A DNA stretch of 64,000 nucleotides. Source: Mobula hypostoma. Taxonomy: Eukaryota. Both the position numbers and the translations under genes were made by a program. The stretch covers positions 164,300,001 to 164,364,000 of the forward strand of contig NC_086102.1 of the NCBI RefSeq assembly GCF_963921235.1, in the 5' to 3' direction. The notes under the pieces are model-generated. The model was not told the DNA's origin. It searched no databases and worked only from the letters and a program-made list of their open reading frames with translations. Each line of letters opens with the position of its first letter. Within the stretch, counting starts at the first letter, position 1. This document shows, in pieces, positions 14,088 through 25,845 of this stretch.

Positions 14088-15594
14088 GTTGGCTTTGTGG
14101 AACAATCCATGTTCCAAACCTATTCTGGTATCTGTCCCCCACTTTTCCTTTGCTACATCGACGACTGCATTGGCGCTGCTTCCTGCACCCATGCTGAGCT
14201 CGTTGACTTCATTAACTTTGCCTCCAACTTTCACCCTGCCCTCAAGTTTACCTGGTCCATTTCCGACACCTCCCTCCCCTTTCTAGATCTTTCTGTCTCT
14301 TTCTCTGGCGACAGCTTATCTACTGATGTCTACTATAAGCCTACTGACTCTCACAGCTATCTGGACTATTCCTCTTCTCACCCTGTCTCTTGCAAAAATG
14401 CTATCCCCTTCTCGCAATTCCTCCGTCTCCGCCGCATCTGCTCTCAGGATGAGGCTTTTCATTCCAGGACGAAGGAGATGTCTTCCTTTTTTAAAGAAAG
14501 GGGCTTCCCTTCCTCCACCATCAACTCTGCTCTCAAATGCATCTCCCCCATTTCAAGCACATCTGCTCTCACTCCATCCTCCCACCACCCCACTAGGAAT
14601 AGAGTTCCCCTCATCCTCACCTACCACCCCACCAGCCTCCGGGTCCAACATATAATTCTCCGTCACTTCCGCCACCTCCAATGGGATCCCACCACTAAGC
14701 ACATCTTTCCCTCCCCCCCCGCTTTCCGCAGGGATCGCTCCCTACGCAACTCCCTTGTTCATTCGTTTCCCCGCCCCCCCATCCCTCCCCACCAATCTCC
14801 CTCCTGGCACTTATCCTTGCAAGTGGAACAAGTGCTACACATGCCCTTACACATCCTCCCTCACTAGCATTCAGGGCCCCAGAGAGTCCTTCCACATGAG
14901 GCGACACTTCACCTGTGAGTCAGCTGGGGGTGATATACTGCATCCGGTGATCCCGATGCAGCCTTCCATATATTGGCAGACTGGGAGATCATTTCGCTGA
15001 ACTGCCAGAGAAAGCAGGATCTCCCAGTGGCCACACATTTTAATTCCACGTCCCATTCCCATTCTGATATGTCTATTCACAGCCTCCTCTACTGTAAAGA
15101 TGAAGCCACACTCAGGTTGGAGGAACAACACCTTATATTCCGTCTGGGTAGCCTCCAACCTGATGGCGTGAACATTGACTTCTCAAACTTCCACTAATGC
15201 CCCGCCTCCCCCTTGTACCCCATCCGTTATTTATTTATATACACAAATTCTTTCTCTCTCTCTCTCCTTTTTCTCCCTCTGTCCTTCTCACTATACCCCT
15301 TGCCCATCCTCTAGGTTCCCCCCTCCTCCTTTCTTTCTCCCTAGGCCTCCCGTCCCATGATCCTCTCATATCCCTTTTGCCAATCAACTGTCCAGCTCTT
15401 GGCTCCATCCCTCCCCCTCCCGTCTTCTCCTATCATTTCGGATCTCCCCCTCCCCCTCCCACTTTCAAATCTCTTCCCAGCTCTTCTCTCAGTTAGTCCT
15501 GACGAAGGATCTTGGCCCGAAACGTCGACTGTACCTCTTCCTAGAGATGCTGCCTGGCCTGCTGTGTTCACCAGCAACTTTTATGTGTGTTGTT
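14088..15594 (+). mobile_element. Penelope-like retroelement, 5'-truncated (RT, GIY-YIG endonuclease, terminal repeat)
   Basis: ORF with CYIDDCIG, LPFLDL and VYYKPTDSHSYLDYSSSHP; frameshifted GIY-YIG region (VIYCIR..C..YIG); pyrimidine-rich 3' region with hammerhead; agaagaaat repeated at 14079-14087 and 15595-15603 (possible TSD). Inserted in a CR1 relic. Confidence 0.92.
15495..15530 (+). ncRNA. Minimal type I hammerhead ribozyme motif in the Penelope 3' terminal repeat (best-preserved copy)
   Basis: agtc CTGACGA a ggat-cttg-gccc GAAA cg TC gact: full catalytic core, stem I agtc/gact, stem II with one mismatch, palindromic ACGT stem III. Confidence 0.75.
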
Positions 15595-16629
15595 AGAAGA
15601 AATAAATAGGTCCTTTATCTTAATAGTAAACAATGACTAGTGCTTTTTGCAGGATTTAGTTGGACCCCAGCTGTTTCAGTTGAGAAAAGTAAATGTAACA
15701 TCTTAAGCTTTACAGACAACACAATATGTGAGTGGGAATTTATCTGTGAGGAAACTGCAGGTTTTCAGAGTCATTTGGATGGATTGAGAGAGTGGCTAAG
15801 TGCATGGCAGATAAAGTACAGTACAATGATGATAATTGTGGGATTATCTACTCCAGGTGGCAAAATTTTGAGGCAGATTATTATTCAAATTGTAATAGAT
15901 TCGGAGAAAGTAGAGTAGGAGATCCTGGACATACTCATACACCAGTTAACAAGAGCAAACATGATGTGCAGCAGGTGCTTAAAAAGGTAGTAAAATATTG
16001 ACCTTTATAGTGAGAGAGGCTGAACAAGGATGTCTTGGTGAGAATATTGTGTGCTTCTTTGATCTCCTTGTCTGAGGAAAAATGTTTTGGCAGTAGGGAA
16101 GTGCAACAAAGTATCATCAGATTCATTACTGGATTAACAGCGTTAACAGAAGAAATTTTGAAACAACTTGACTCTTGGATACTGGAATTCAGAAAAGCAG
16201 GAGGGGTTTCATTGAAGCTTATAATACCCTGCCAGGACAAAATAGAACTAGATATAAAGTGCCTTGAAAAAGTATTTAGCCTCCACAACTATTTTTTCTC
16301 ATTTTACTTTTTTTTAAAAATGTAAAATATATTGAAGTAGGATTCTTGAGCTAACCTACAAAACATGGTGCATCATGTCAAATCAAAAGAAAAAAAACTA
16401 AAACCTGTCAATAAGTTACTAAAATTAAGAAAACAAAATTGTGAGGCAGATAATGTATTCTTCCCTTTTGTAATTACTATACCAACTTTCCTCAGGTGCA
16501 ATATACTAACTCGCCCAATTTATTGATGTAGAAAATTGGAGGATCGCCCGTTTTCAATGAAATCATAAAAATAAATATTCCCTTTCTCTGTAAGGTCCAA
16601 CAGTATGGCAGATTTTCACAAACCAAACC

Positions 16630-16790
16630 AATAGGAAGACAAGAGAGCATTCAAGATAAGTCAAGGAAAAGACACTGAACATACTGTACCTCCAAGCACA
16701 GTGCAATTCATAGTGAAAAAGTGGAAAAATATGAAACCACAGCCACATTGCCTAGATCAGGATTCCTCTCTAAACTGAGTCACTAGAGAA
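16630..16790 (+). mobile_element. Tc1 transposase N-terminal relic
   Basis: ..TVQFIVKKWK.YETTATLPRSG-like HTH relic. Confidence 0.45.
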
Positions 16791-17130
16791 TGTCTCTTTC
16801 AAGATAGTGAATGTTCTGGCTATCTCCAAGGTTCTGTAGTTTCTGGAACTATTTCTGGGGATTGGAGGATAAACCCTATTTAAGAGAGTTTGTGGTAGGA
16901 AAATGCTGCAATCTATAACAAATGAAAGTATGGGCAGGATTCAATATCGCAGATCAGGATTTAGGAAAAGAATATCACATTTAACTAATCTGCTGGTGCT
17001 CAGTGAAGGCATGACTAGCAGAATAAATAAGGGGAACCAGTAAGTATGGTGCTTTTGGATTTACAGTAGACTTTAATCAACCTCAATGTTAGAGCACATG
17101 AAATTGGGGTAACATACTGAAATAGAATGA

Positions 17131-17557
17131 GCAACACACATCAAAGTTGCTGGTGAACGCAGCAGGCCAAGCAGCATCTATAGGAAGAGGCGCAGTCGAT
17201 GTTTCAGGCCGAGACCCTTCGTCAGGACTAACTGAAGGAAGAGTGAGTAAGGGATTTGAAAGCTGGAGGGGGAGGGGGAGGGGGAAATGCAAAATGATAG
17301 GAGAAGACAGGAGGGGGAGGGATGGAGCCGAGAGCTGGACAGGTGATAGGCAAAAGGGGATACGAGAGGATCATGGGACAGGAGGTCCGGGAAGAAAGAC
17401 GGGGGGGGGTGACCCAGAGGATGGGCAAGAGGTATATTCAGAGGGACAGAGGGAGAAAAAGGAGAGTGAGAGAAAGAATGTGTGCATAAAAATGAGTAAC
17501 AGATGGGGTACGAGGGGGAGGTGGGGCCTAGCGGAAGTTAGAGAAGTCAATGTTCAT
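17131..17557 (-). mobile_element. Penelope-like element 3' fragment, same family as 14088-15594
   Basis: Close reverse complement of ~15170-15592, including the hammerhead. Confidence 0.9.
17194..17229 (-). ncRNA. Hammerhead ribozyme motif (Penelope copy)
   Basis: Reverse complement agtc CTGACGA a gggt-ctcg-gcct GAAA ca TC gact; core intact, stem III palindrome mutated. Confidence 0.65.
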
Positions 17558-18103
17558 GAGGAAGGGTTTTGAATAGAAAGCAAGAAGTGAGAAAAATTTA
17601 AACGCAAACAACAGGAATTCTGCAGATGCTGGAAATTCAAGCAACACATATTGTTCTCAGCTTAACAGAATGTGATTGATGGGTACAGCAAGGGCTAATG
17701 CTGACACCTCACCTTTGAATTGCTGAAGGTCAACATGGAGGTGAAGAAAGCAATTTAACAGGGAAACAGTATGATAACCATTACTATGAGACTATTTAAA
17801 TACAGGAGTAAGAAAGTCTTATTGAAATTGTATAGCGCTTTGGCGAGAACACACCTGGAGTACTGTGTACAATTTTGATCTCCTTACCTGAAAAGAGGAT
17901 ATAGCTGCCACAGAGTGCAGCAAATATTAACTAGACTGCCTCCTGGGATGGAGGATTTGCTGTAAAAGGATAAATTGAACGGACTGACCTGCCTGTGAGA
18001 GGAGACCTTATCAAAACTTACAAAATTCTTAAAGGTCTTTACAGATAAGAAGAACGATCTTTCCCCGATTGCGGATTCTACAATCAGGAAGCACCATTTA
18101 GGG

Positions 18104-18183
18104 CAGGAGTTCCCGAACTTTTTTATGCCATAGACCAATACCATTGAGCAAAGGGTCTGTGGATCCCAGGTTGGGAACTCCTG
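18104..18183. mobile_element. 80-bp hAT (Charlie-like) MITE
   Basis: TIRs caggagttccc / gggaactcctg; 8-bp TSD atttaggg/atttagga. Confidence 0.85.
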
Positions 18184-19850
18184 ATTTAGGATACAGAACA
18201 GACCATTTAAAACAGAGGTAGTCTCTCAGAAACATTTGAAATTCTCTAACCACAAGTCTTTGTAGGCTTAATCATCATGTTCACTTAAAACATGGATTGA
18301 TAAACTTCTGGACATGAAGGAAATCAAAGGATATGGGAATAACATTGGAAAATGGCAGTGTAGATGATCAGCCATCTTAAGACTCAAAACTCCGGTAATT
18401 TGATAAATTGGTTTATTATTGTCATATGTTTGAGGGACAGAGAAAAACTTGGTTTTGCATGCCAACCATAGAGATCATTTTATCACTTCGAGCTGCCAGC
18501 ACAAGTGGCAGATGCCATTTTGATTTCAATGCTTAAGAGCAGTTTAGACTGGTACATGGATGGGAGAGATGGACAGCTATGGTCCAGGTGCAGGTTGATG
18601 GGACAAGGCAGTTTAAATAGTTCGGTATGAACTGGATGGGCCGAAAGGCCTGTTTCTGTGCTGTAGATTTCTATAACATCGGTGCATCAAGGCAGTAACA
18701 GAATGCAGAATGGTGTTACAGTTACTGTTGGGATTCTCAAGGAGGCGCTCATGGAGTGAGGTTGTTTTTGGCTTCGTTCCATTACCGTTACTTTTTTTTA
18801 AACTTATGATCTCCCTTACTTAATTTATTTTTACCTACACTAGAAGATTTATTCTATACTACTGATTTTTCCTTGAAATGTAACTGAGAAATCTGAAGAA
18901 GTGAGCAAAGAAATAGGTACAAGATCTAGAGGGCGTGAACCTATCAGGAAATATCACAATAGTTCATCACAATATAACTGGTCAAGGGCAATTTACCCAG
19001 ATATTTACAATTCATCATCATTATGTGCCACGTCATATGACATAGGTGACCATAGTGACCATGAATATTCTTGGCAATTTTTTTTCCATAGAAGTGATTT
19101 ACAATTGTTTTCTTCTGGGCAGTGTCATTACAAGACACTTGACCCCAGCCATTATCAATACTCTTCAGATTGTCTGTCTGGCATCAGTGGTCACATAACC
19201 AGGACTTATGAGCAGTCAGTGCATATCACATGACCATGCACCACCTGAAGATCTTTAAGCTTGTTCCAGCAATGAGGTATTCTGCCAAGCAACTTGACAG
19301 TCTGCTCAGGGAGTTGCTGAACAGAATTCATCACATTTGTCCCGAACATCCGGCAACTTGACCATTTTTTCTGAAAAGACCATCCCATCCCACAGCATGA
19401 ACATAACTCTTAATTTTGAGAGTAGCTCAATAGTGCCACAACAGTGTTCCACACACCAGGGACCTGGATTCAATTCTGTGTCTGGATCTGCGTGCTTTAG
19501 TTTCCATGCAGGTCAGTTGGCTAAATGGCCATCCTATATGGTCTTGTGCACAGAATCTGGAAGGAATTGACAAGGATGTGAGGAGTATAAAAATGCGATT
19601 AATTTGGATTACTGTGAATAGATAATTGATGGTCAGTGCTGACTTAGTGGGGTGCATGAATCTAATTTGTTCTCAATTACACCGAAAACTCTGCTCTGGG
19701 GCCAAAAGTGTAGAAAGTAACTAAACATCTCACTATACACAGCAGTTTAACCACCAAGGATATCTGCCCAATGTACCACAGTCACATTCCTTCCCACCTT
19801 TAGTATTATCTACTGGAGGCATTGCTTCATGAAGGCAACATCTATCAAAG

Positions 19851-20032
19851 CAACACATACAAAATGCTGGAGGATCTCAGCAGGCCAGGCAGCATCTACG
19901 GAAAAAGTACAGTCGACGTTTGGCCCAAAACATCAACTGTACTTTTTCCATAGATGCTGCCTGGCCTGCTGAGTTCCTCCAACATTTTGTGTGTTGCTCG
20001 GATTTCCAACATCTGCAAATTTTCTCGTTTGT
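19851..20032. mobile_element. Fold-back Penelope terminal derivative with 15-bp TSD
   Basis: ~70-bp inverted arms; caacatctatcaaag at 19836-19850 and 20033-20047; interrupts a Rex1-type 3' relic. Confidence 0.88.
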
Positions 20033-20279
20033 CAACATCTATCAAAGATTCCCACCATTGAAGCCATGCCTTCTTTTCACAACTGTCAGAGAGGCAGAGG
20101 TACAGAATCCTGAAGTCCCATACTCTCAGCTTCAAGAACAGCTACATCCCTTCAACTATTTGGTCTTGAACCATCCAGCGCAACCTTAATTGCTATTGTT
20201 TAGCAACACTATGAGCATTTTGCACTAAAATAGACCCAGTTTTTCTTTTGTTCTAATTGTGGTCTTTTTTTGCCCCCAG

Positions 20280-21022
20280 AAGAGAAGATGACGACGCAAC
20301 GCAGCGCGCAGCGGCCACTCCAGAATGAATATCTCTTATTTGTTAAGTAGGATGCCATGCACAATCCTGATTTAATGGAGACGGAAGTGAGAAGCACGGA
20401 GGAACACCTGGTGAAACTTCTGAAATGCCTGTTTCGCTGCCGCTGATACTGTGCGATCCAGAATCTCCGGAGGGGAAGGCCCCGAATCCTCAGCTTTTCC
20501 TGTTGTTTGGCGGCCGGGGTCGAAGCGCTCGGCAGAGATGGTGCTCGGTGTCGGAGGCTCAAAGTTTTCGGATGGACTCAGAGTTGACTGTGGTCGGGTG
20601 CTTCCAGGGTGCTGCATCGGCAAGTTTGCAGCGCTGGAGGTTCATGGCAGGGAGAGTTTTTCTTCCTTCTATCGTCTGCGTGAGATGATGGGGCTATCAG
20701 GACTTTGAGACTTTTTTTTACCGTGCCCATGGTCTGTTCTTTATCAAATTACGGTATTGCTTTGCACTGTTGTAACTATATGTTATAATTACGTGGTTTT
20801 TGTCAGCTTTAGCCTTGGTCTGTCTTGCGTTTCATAACATAGAATAGTACAGCACAGTACAGGTCCTTCGGCCCACAATGTTGTGCCGACCCTCAAACCC
20901 TGCCTCCCATATAAGCCCCCACCTTCTGTGATATCATACTGGAGGAACATTGTATCATTTCTTAATGTATGCATTACTAAATGACAATAAACGAGGACTG
21001 AGTGTCCTCATAATCTAATCTA
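20280..21022 (+). mobile_element. Non-autonomous LINE-dependent retroelement with (taatc)n tail, interrupted by a CR1 3' end (~20836-20925, minus)
   Basis: CpG-rich 5' gaagatg.cg start, no long ORF, gacaataaa...cataatctaatctaa tail; the inner insert is nearly identical to 56384-56475. Confidence 0.6.
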
Positions 21023-21216
21023 AGCTTTATATCTGATTTATGTTGTTCTTGTGAATGCTGCTTATCTGATGCTATGTACCTGTGACACTGTTGCAAACAG
21101 GCTTTGCATTGGATTTGTCAAAACATGTACTTGTGTATATGACAATGACATCTTTGCTTCATCCTGATAAATGCAGGGGATTGTAGGCGATTCTATATCC
21201 ATATAACTGAAGTACT

Positions 21217-21357
21217 CACGAGGAAATCTGCAGATGCTGGAAAATCAAGCAACATGCACAAAATGCTGGTGGAACACAGCAGGCCAGACAGCATCCATAG
21301 GAAGAAGCATGGTCGACATTTCGGGCTGAGACCCTTCATCAGGACTCAGGGTATGTG
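21217..21357 (-). mobile_element. Short Penelope terminal derivative with 13-bp TSD
   Basis: taactgaagtact at 21204-21216 and 21358-21370; truncated just past the hammerhead. Confidence 0.85.
21311..21346 (-). ncRNA. Hammerhead ribozyme motif (short Penelope derivative)
   Basis: Reverse complement agtc CTGATGA a gggt-ctca-gccc GAAA tg TC gacc. Confidence 0.6.
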
Positions 21358-22329
21358 TAACTGAAGTACTTTCTGGTTTGCATAATAAATACAATGCTAT
21401 TGTTTATATAAAATAATCACATTTTCTGGCAAATTAACAAATATCAATTTTGAAAAAAAGATTGTGAAAAATTTTATCCACAAGTAATTGCACCTTCACA
21501 AATACAATTGTTCAGAAATGTAAGAACTTTTGAGGCTCTGAAATAAACACTGCAAAAAAAATTATAAAAGGTCACTACAGACTATCAACTCATTGATGAG
21601 TTTTTTTTCCTATTTCAAACTTCATTATAAACATCAAGTTCATCATTTGAAATACGACCAAGGTAAGGATGTCTAAGTATAGAATGTTTAAATAACATTC
21701 AACAAGGTGGTCTGCAAGCTCTCAACACATTAAAAACAAGAAGCCTTCTCAAAACAGATTAAAGATTGGTTTGCACCATAACAATCAAACAAAACTTTAG
21801 TTGGGATGAAAACAGATTAGGGTCGAACTCAATATAAGTGATTGTGGTGTATTAAGCAAAATGCGTTTCTGTAGTATGAAGATACTTTTATACCATCTTC
21901 AAAAAGGACGAGAATCACAATTAACAAAGCAATCACTGCTCGAGTACAACTACATATAAAACATAGAAAAAGGCCAATCACGTGTCAATGTAATACAGAT
22001 GTACAATGAGCACACTAGCACTTTAAATTAAAGGAAAATTACAACAAATTGGTCTAAACAATTCTCTACGCCCACACCCTCGCTTTTTAAAGCACCGCAT
22101 CACCTCCTGTTACTACCCTGCATCAGGTGATACGCTATCATGCTTCAAGATACAGAAAATAAGCAGTTCCCCCCTCTGCAGTTTACTCTCACTTCCCAGC
22201 CCTGAGGCCACCCTCAATACTCCCTCCCGATGCAAGCGCACGTTCACAGCTGCGGCTCTTGTCGATGCATTTAAACAGGCAAGAGGTGTCGCCAATAACT
22301 GGAGTGTGGAGACCCATAACAGCTTCCCG

Positions 22330-22850
22330 CGAACAGGCCAGGCCTCGGCAGCTCGGATCTGACAGCTCAAGTACTGGCTAGGAGTGTCAATCAGCACCGC
22401 TGCCACCTACCTATGTGGATGTCTTCAATGTGCTCGATAAGTTCTGCCAGGGTGTTAAAGGTGAGGCCGCATCCACCGAAATTACAAGTGTTGGAGAAAA
22501 AGGAGGCGGCGGCTAACGCTGTCATGATATCCCGCCCCTGGGCGCTCCGCCCTGCCCACGCCTACCGCCGCTCGGCTCCGCGGCTGCCAGGCCGACGACC
22601 CGGGCGGGCGCGCATACACACACGCCCTTTCCCCGACACCCTCTCACTCCCGCACCTGCATGCTTACAAACACACCGTCCGACCGGTGCGACGCGGCGCC
22701 GGCGTCAGGCACTGCCCACAGCCGCCTCCAGTTAACGGAGACGGAGGCGCCGGGCGCCGGTCACGTGACCCGCACAAACTCGTGGCTCCGAACTGCCGAG
22801 CGGGAGTACTGGGCGTTGAGGTGCAGCGCTGAGCAACTCGCAGCTGGAGA
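22330..22850 (-). promoter_or_regulatory. CpG-island promoter/5'UTR of the JAZF1-like gene
   Basis: Sharp rise in GC and CpG in AT-rich background; GC boxes (cccgcccc, ccgccc); perfect palindrome GGTCACGTGACC at 22759-22770. Confidence 0.85.
22411..22525 (-). CDS. JAZF1: JAZF1-family C2H2 zinc-finger gene, coding exon 1 (JAZF1 or a divergent paralog); remaining exons not found in window
   Basis: Reverse strand reads ATG...MTALAAASFFSNTCNFGGCGLTFNTLAELIEHIEDIHI+G then a gtaggt donor (115 nt, phase 1). About 31/38 identical to the human JAZF1 N-terminus as recalled (MTGIAAASFFSNTCRFGGCGLHFPTLADLIEHIEDNHI), with C-x4-C...H-x4-H finger. Lies in a CpG island. Family certain, orthology uncertain. 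Confidence 0.9.
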
Positions 22851-23364
22851 GTGAGCAAAAGGGGAGAAGACTATTGTGTATATCATCTGGACAACAATAA
22901 TAAACTCATTCTTTTCCGTTGCATTTTAATGTGATTTTGAAATACAGAAGTGAAACACTCTCTCCTATGTTTCTTTAAATCTCATTTATAGCTGGGCAGA
23001 TGAGTGTCCAACCAGCTGAGAACTGAGAATGGTCCCATCCAGTTGGATTTTGGAGGAGAAGTGTTGAAAGAGGGCATTTAAATGCCGTTAAATTACGGCA
23101 TTCTAAACCACTCAGAACGGAATAAACATAGTTTGCACGGAATTTGTTGGAGTACATCTTTTTGTATAGCTTCTTCCACTTACCTCGAGCTCAAAACGTT
23201 TGTATTGGGGGTAACAATGATACAGCACCACAAGGTGAATGGAACAGCTGAAACCCATGTATAATAAACTTGATGATTTCATTCAGTTTCATTTCTCGAG
23301 GTAAGGTCGAGTACTGCCCCATCACTGCCACAAACTGATTACAATAAACCTTAAGAAAATACCA

Positions 23365-23500
23365 CGAATGCTAGAGATCCTGGAAATGCTCAGCAAATCA
23401 GACAACTATGATGAAAGATCACTGAACTAAAATGTTAACTCCCTTGAGAGATGCTTTCTGACCTGCTGAGTATTTCCAGCATTTTATGTTCTTATTTTAT
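23365..23500. mobile_element. Older-family Penelope terminal derivative (related copies ~46770-46910, ~51080-51200, ~60610-60720, ~62100-62180)
   Basis: tgatgaaag.tcactga.ct.aaa.gttaact...gatgct...tgacctgctgagtatttccagcatttt motif. Confidence 0.6.
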
Positions 23501-24014
23501 ACAATGGAATACAGATATCCAGATACTCTGAATGCTTTTCACAGGTGTAACACAACTTACTCAAAAATGTGGAAGTTTGTAATTAACTTTTGGTTTCTGT
23601 ACTTTAACTGCTGTTTTTTTCAGAATTCATGGTTTCACTTAAATTAGAAAATGCTCAGATCTACCTTTCTTACGTCAAAAGTGCATGACCTCAAGAATTT
23701 CCTGCAGTAAACTCAATCAAATATATTCTTGACCACCCATTAATCCATCAGCATCTCTTTGCAAATTTCATTGCTTCATAGCTTATCACTGGTAACAGTT
23801 TAAGATACATGACTCTACCCTTTCCTCCAAGTTTTTCATAAATCTGGTATTATTATCAGCATTTAGTACAGAAATCCTCATAATAACAACATACCTCCTG
23901 CTAGTTTCTGTATATAGCCAAAATTATTTTATGGCATTTCACAGATAACTAAGTTCCTAATCAAGTTAATTGGTGGTTTCTGATTCCATACATTCAGAAG
24001 TTGATAATACATGA

Positions 24015-24565
24015 GACCACACTTAAAAGTATTGTGTGTGGTTTTGGGCTCCTTATTTTAGAAAGGATATACTGACATTGGAGAGGGTTCAGAGAAGATT
24101 CATGAGAATTATTCCAAGAATGAAAGGGTTAACGTCTGCCAGCTCTTGAGTTGTATTCCCTGGTTCAGAAGAATGAGGGGGGATCTTACCGAAACATTCT
24201 GAATGTTAAGAGGCCTGAACAGATTAGATATGGCAAAGTTATTTCCCATGGTAGGGGGAGTCCAGGACAAGAAGGCATGACTTCAGGATTGAAGGGCGTC
24301 CATTTAGAACTGAGATGCAGAGAAATTACTCTAGTCAGAGGGTGGTAAATCATTGGAATTTGTTGCCACAAGTGGCAGTGGAGGCCAGGTCATTGGGTGT
24401 ATTTAAGGCAGAGATAGATAGGTTCTTGATTAGCCAGGGCATCAAAGGGTACGGGGAGAAGGCAGGGGAGTGGAGATGACTGGAAGAATTGGATCAGCCA
24501 ATGATTGAATGGCGGAGCAAACTTTATGGGCCAAATGGCCTATTTCTTATATCTTATGGTCTTAT
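24015..24565 (+). mobile_element. CR1 3' end
   Basis: RT C-terminal relic and cttatggtcttat tail. Confidence 0.85.
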
Positions 24566-24782
24566 AAATATAAATTGTTGAATGTCATGAGAGTCCATGT
24601 AAAATAACATAATAATATTTATCTATCACATTAGATTCAAAAAATTGAACTCAGATTTGGACACAAAATTTATCTTTAAAATCTATGAAAAAATATCATC
24701 CTACTACTACTTACTCCTTCCTTCAGAAGACATATATATCCATGCTGTAAAGTACTTGGAAGCAGCAGTACAAAGGCATATA

Positions 24783-25332
24783 CTCAGTGGCCACTTTATT
24801 AGGTACACCTGTACATCTGCTCACTAATGCAAATAGCTAATTAACCAATCAAGTGGCAGAATCACAATACATAAAAGCTTGCTGACATGGTCAAGAGGTT
24901 CAGTTGTTTATCAGAGCAAATATTAGAATGGAGAAGAAATATGATCTAAGTGGCTTTGTGGAATGACGTAGTGATTTGAGTATCGCAGAAACTGATGGAT
25001 CTTCTGGAATTGCCATGCACACCATTTTACAGAGTTTACGGAGAATGGTGCGGAAAACAAAAATAAAATCCAGTAAGTGGCAGTTCTGTGGACAAAAATG
25101 CCTTTTTAATGAGAGAGGTCAAAGTTGACTGGTCATCCTGGTTCAAGCTGACAGAAAGGTGACAATAACTCAAATAACCATGTGTCACAACAGTGGTGTG
25201 CAGAAGGGAATCTCTCAACACTGAACATGTTGAATCTTGAAGTGGATGGGCTACAGCAGCAGAAGACTAGGAACATACACTCAGTGGCCACTTTATCTGC
25301 TATAGAAGGCACCCAATAAAGTGGACACTGAG
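24783..25332 (+). mobile_element. Non-autonomous Tc1-like DNA transposon
   Basis: TA then TIR ctcagtggccactttatt ... aataaagtggacactgag; an internal third TIR copy at ~25280. Confidence 0.8.
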
Positions 25333-25845
25333 GGTATAATGCATTATAGGTGGGTCTGCTTTGGATCATCAGTGCCCAAGCTGGCTGTACTCTCATGTAG
25401 TTATGAGACCTGGTCTGTGACAGATAGTAAGAGAATCAGGACAAGTAATAAACATACTGTATTGATCTCAATCCAGGGACTGAGGCTTGCTTGTGATTTC
25501 TTATGGGGAAGTCTGTTTGCTCCCACATCACAAGAATATGCCTGTATATTAATTGGTTACTGTAGATTCCCCAATTGTTAAAAAAAATGTTGATGGGCAA
25601 GTAAGAGAGATTAGGTTCAGGGCAGTAAGACATGGGAGAATGAGACTGATGGGATTTGCTCTGCTGGGACTTAGCATCAACTATATGGACAATTAGCCTA
25701 CTTCTGTGTTGCAATAAGCTAGTAAGTATTGTGTTGTTATGCAGTACCAATATGTCAAATGGAAAAAGATTGAAAATGAATCTAGCAACTATAATCTGGG
25801 CATCTCAGCAAGAAAAACATAGGAAATTTAATTAATTTATTATTG

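Larger units (their letters stand above)
13120..16290 (+). mobile_element. Degraded CR1 relics flanking the Penelope insertion
   Basis: Decayed CR1 RT and 3' motifs on both sides of 14088-15594. Confidence 0.65.
16930..18680 (+). mobile_element. Degraded CR1 relic(s) hosting Penelope and hAT insertions
   Basis: cacacctggagtactgtgtacaattttg.tctccttacctga and CR1 3' tail motifs. Confidence 0.7.

Noticed and set aside
13905-14867. 320-aa ORF as a chimeric gene
   Set aside because: The N-terminal ~60 aa are CR1 relic read-through into a truncated, frameshifted Penelope RT.
19425-19660. tRNA-like gene (also ~25390-25720)
   Set aside because: Looks like degraded tRNA-derived SINE sequence; no cloverleaf.
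22413-22832. 139-aa plus-strand ORF in the CpG island
   Set aside because: GC-rich shadow ORF antisense to the real JAZF exon and promoter; no recognisable homology.
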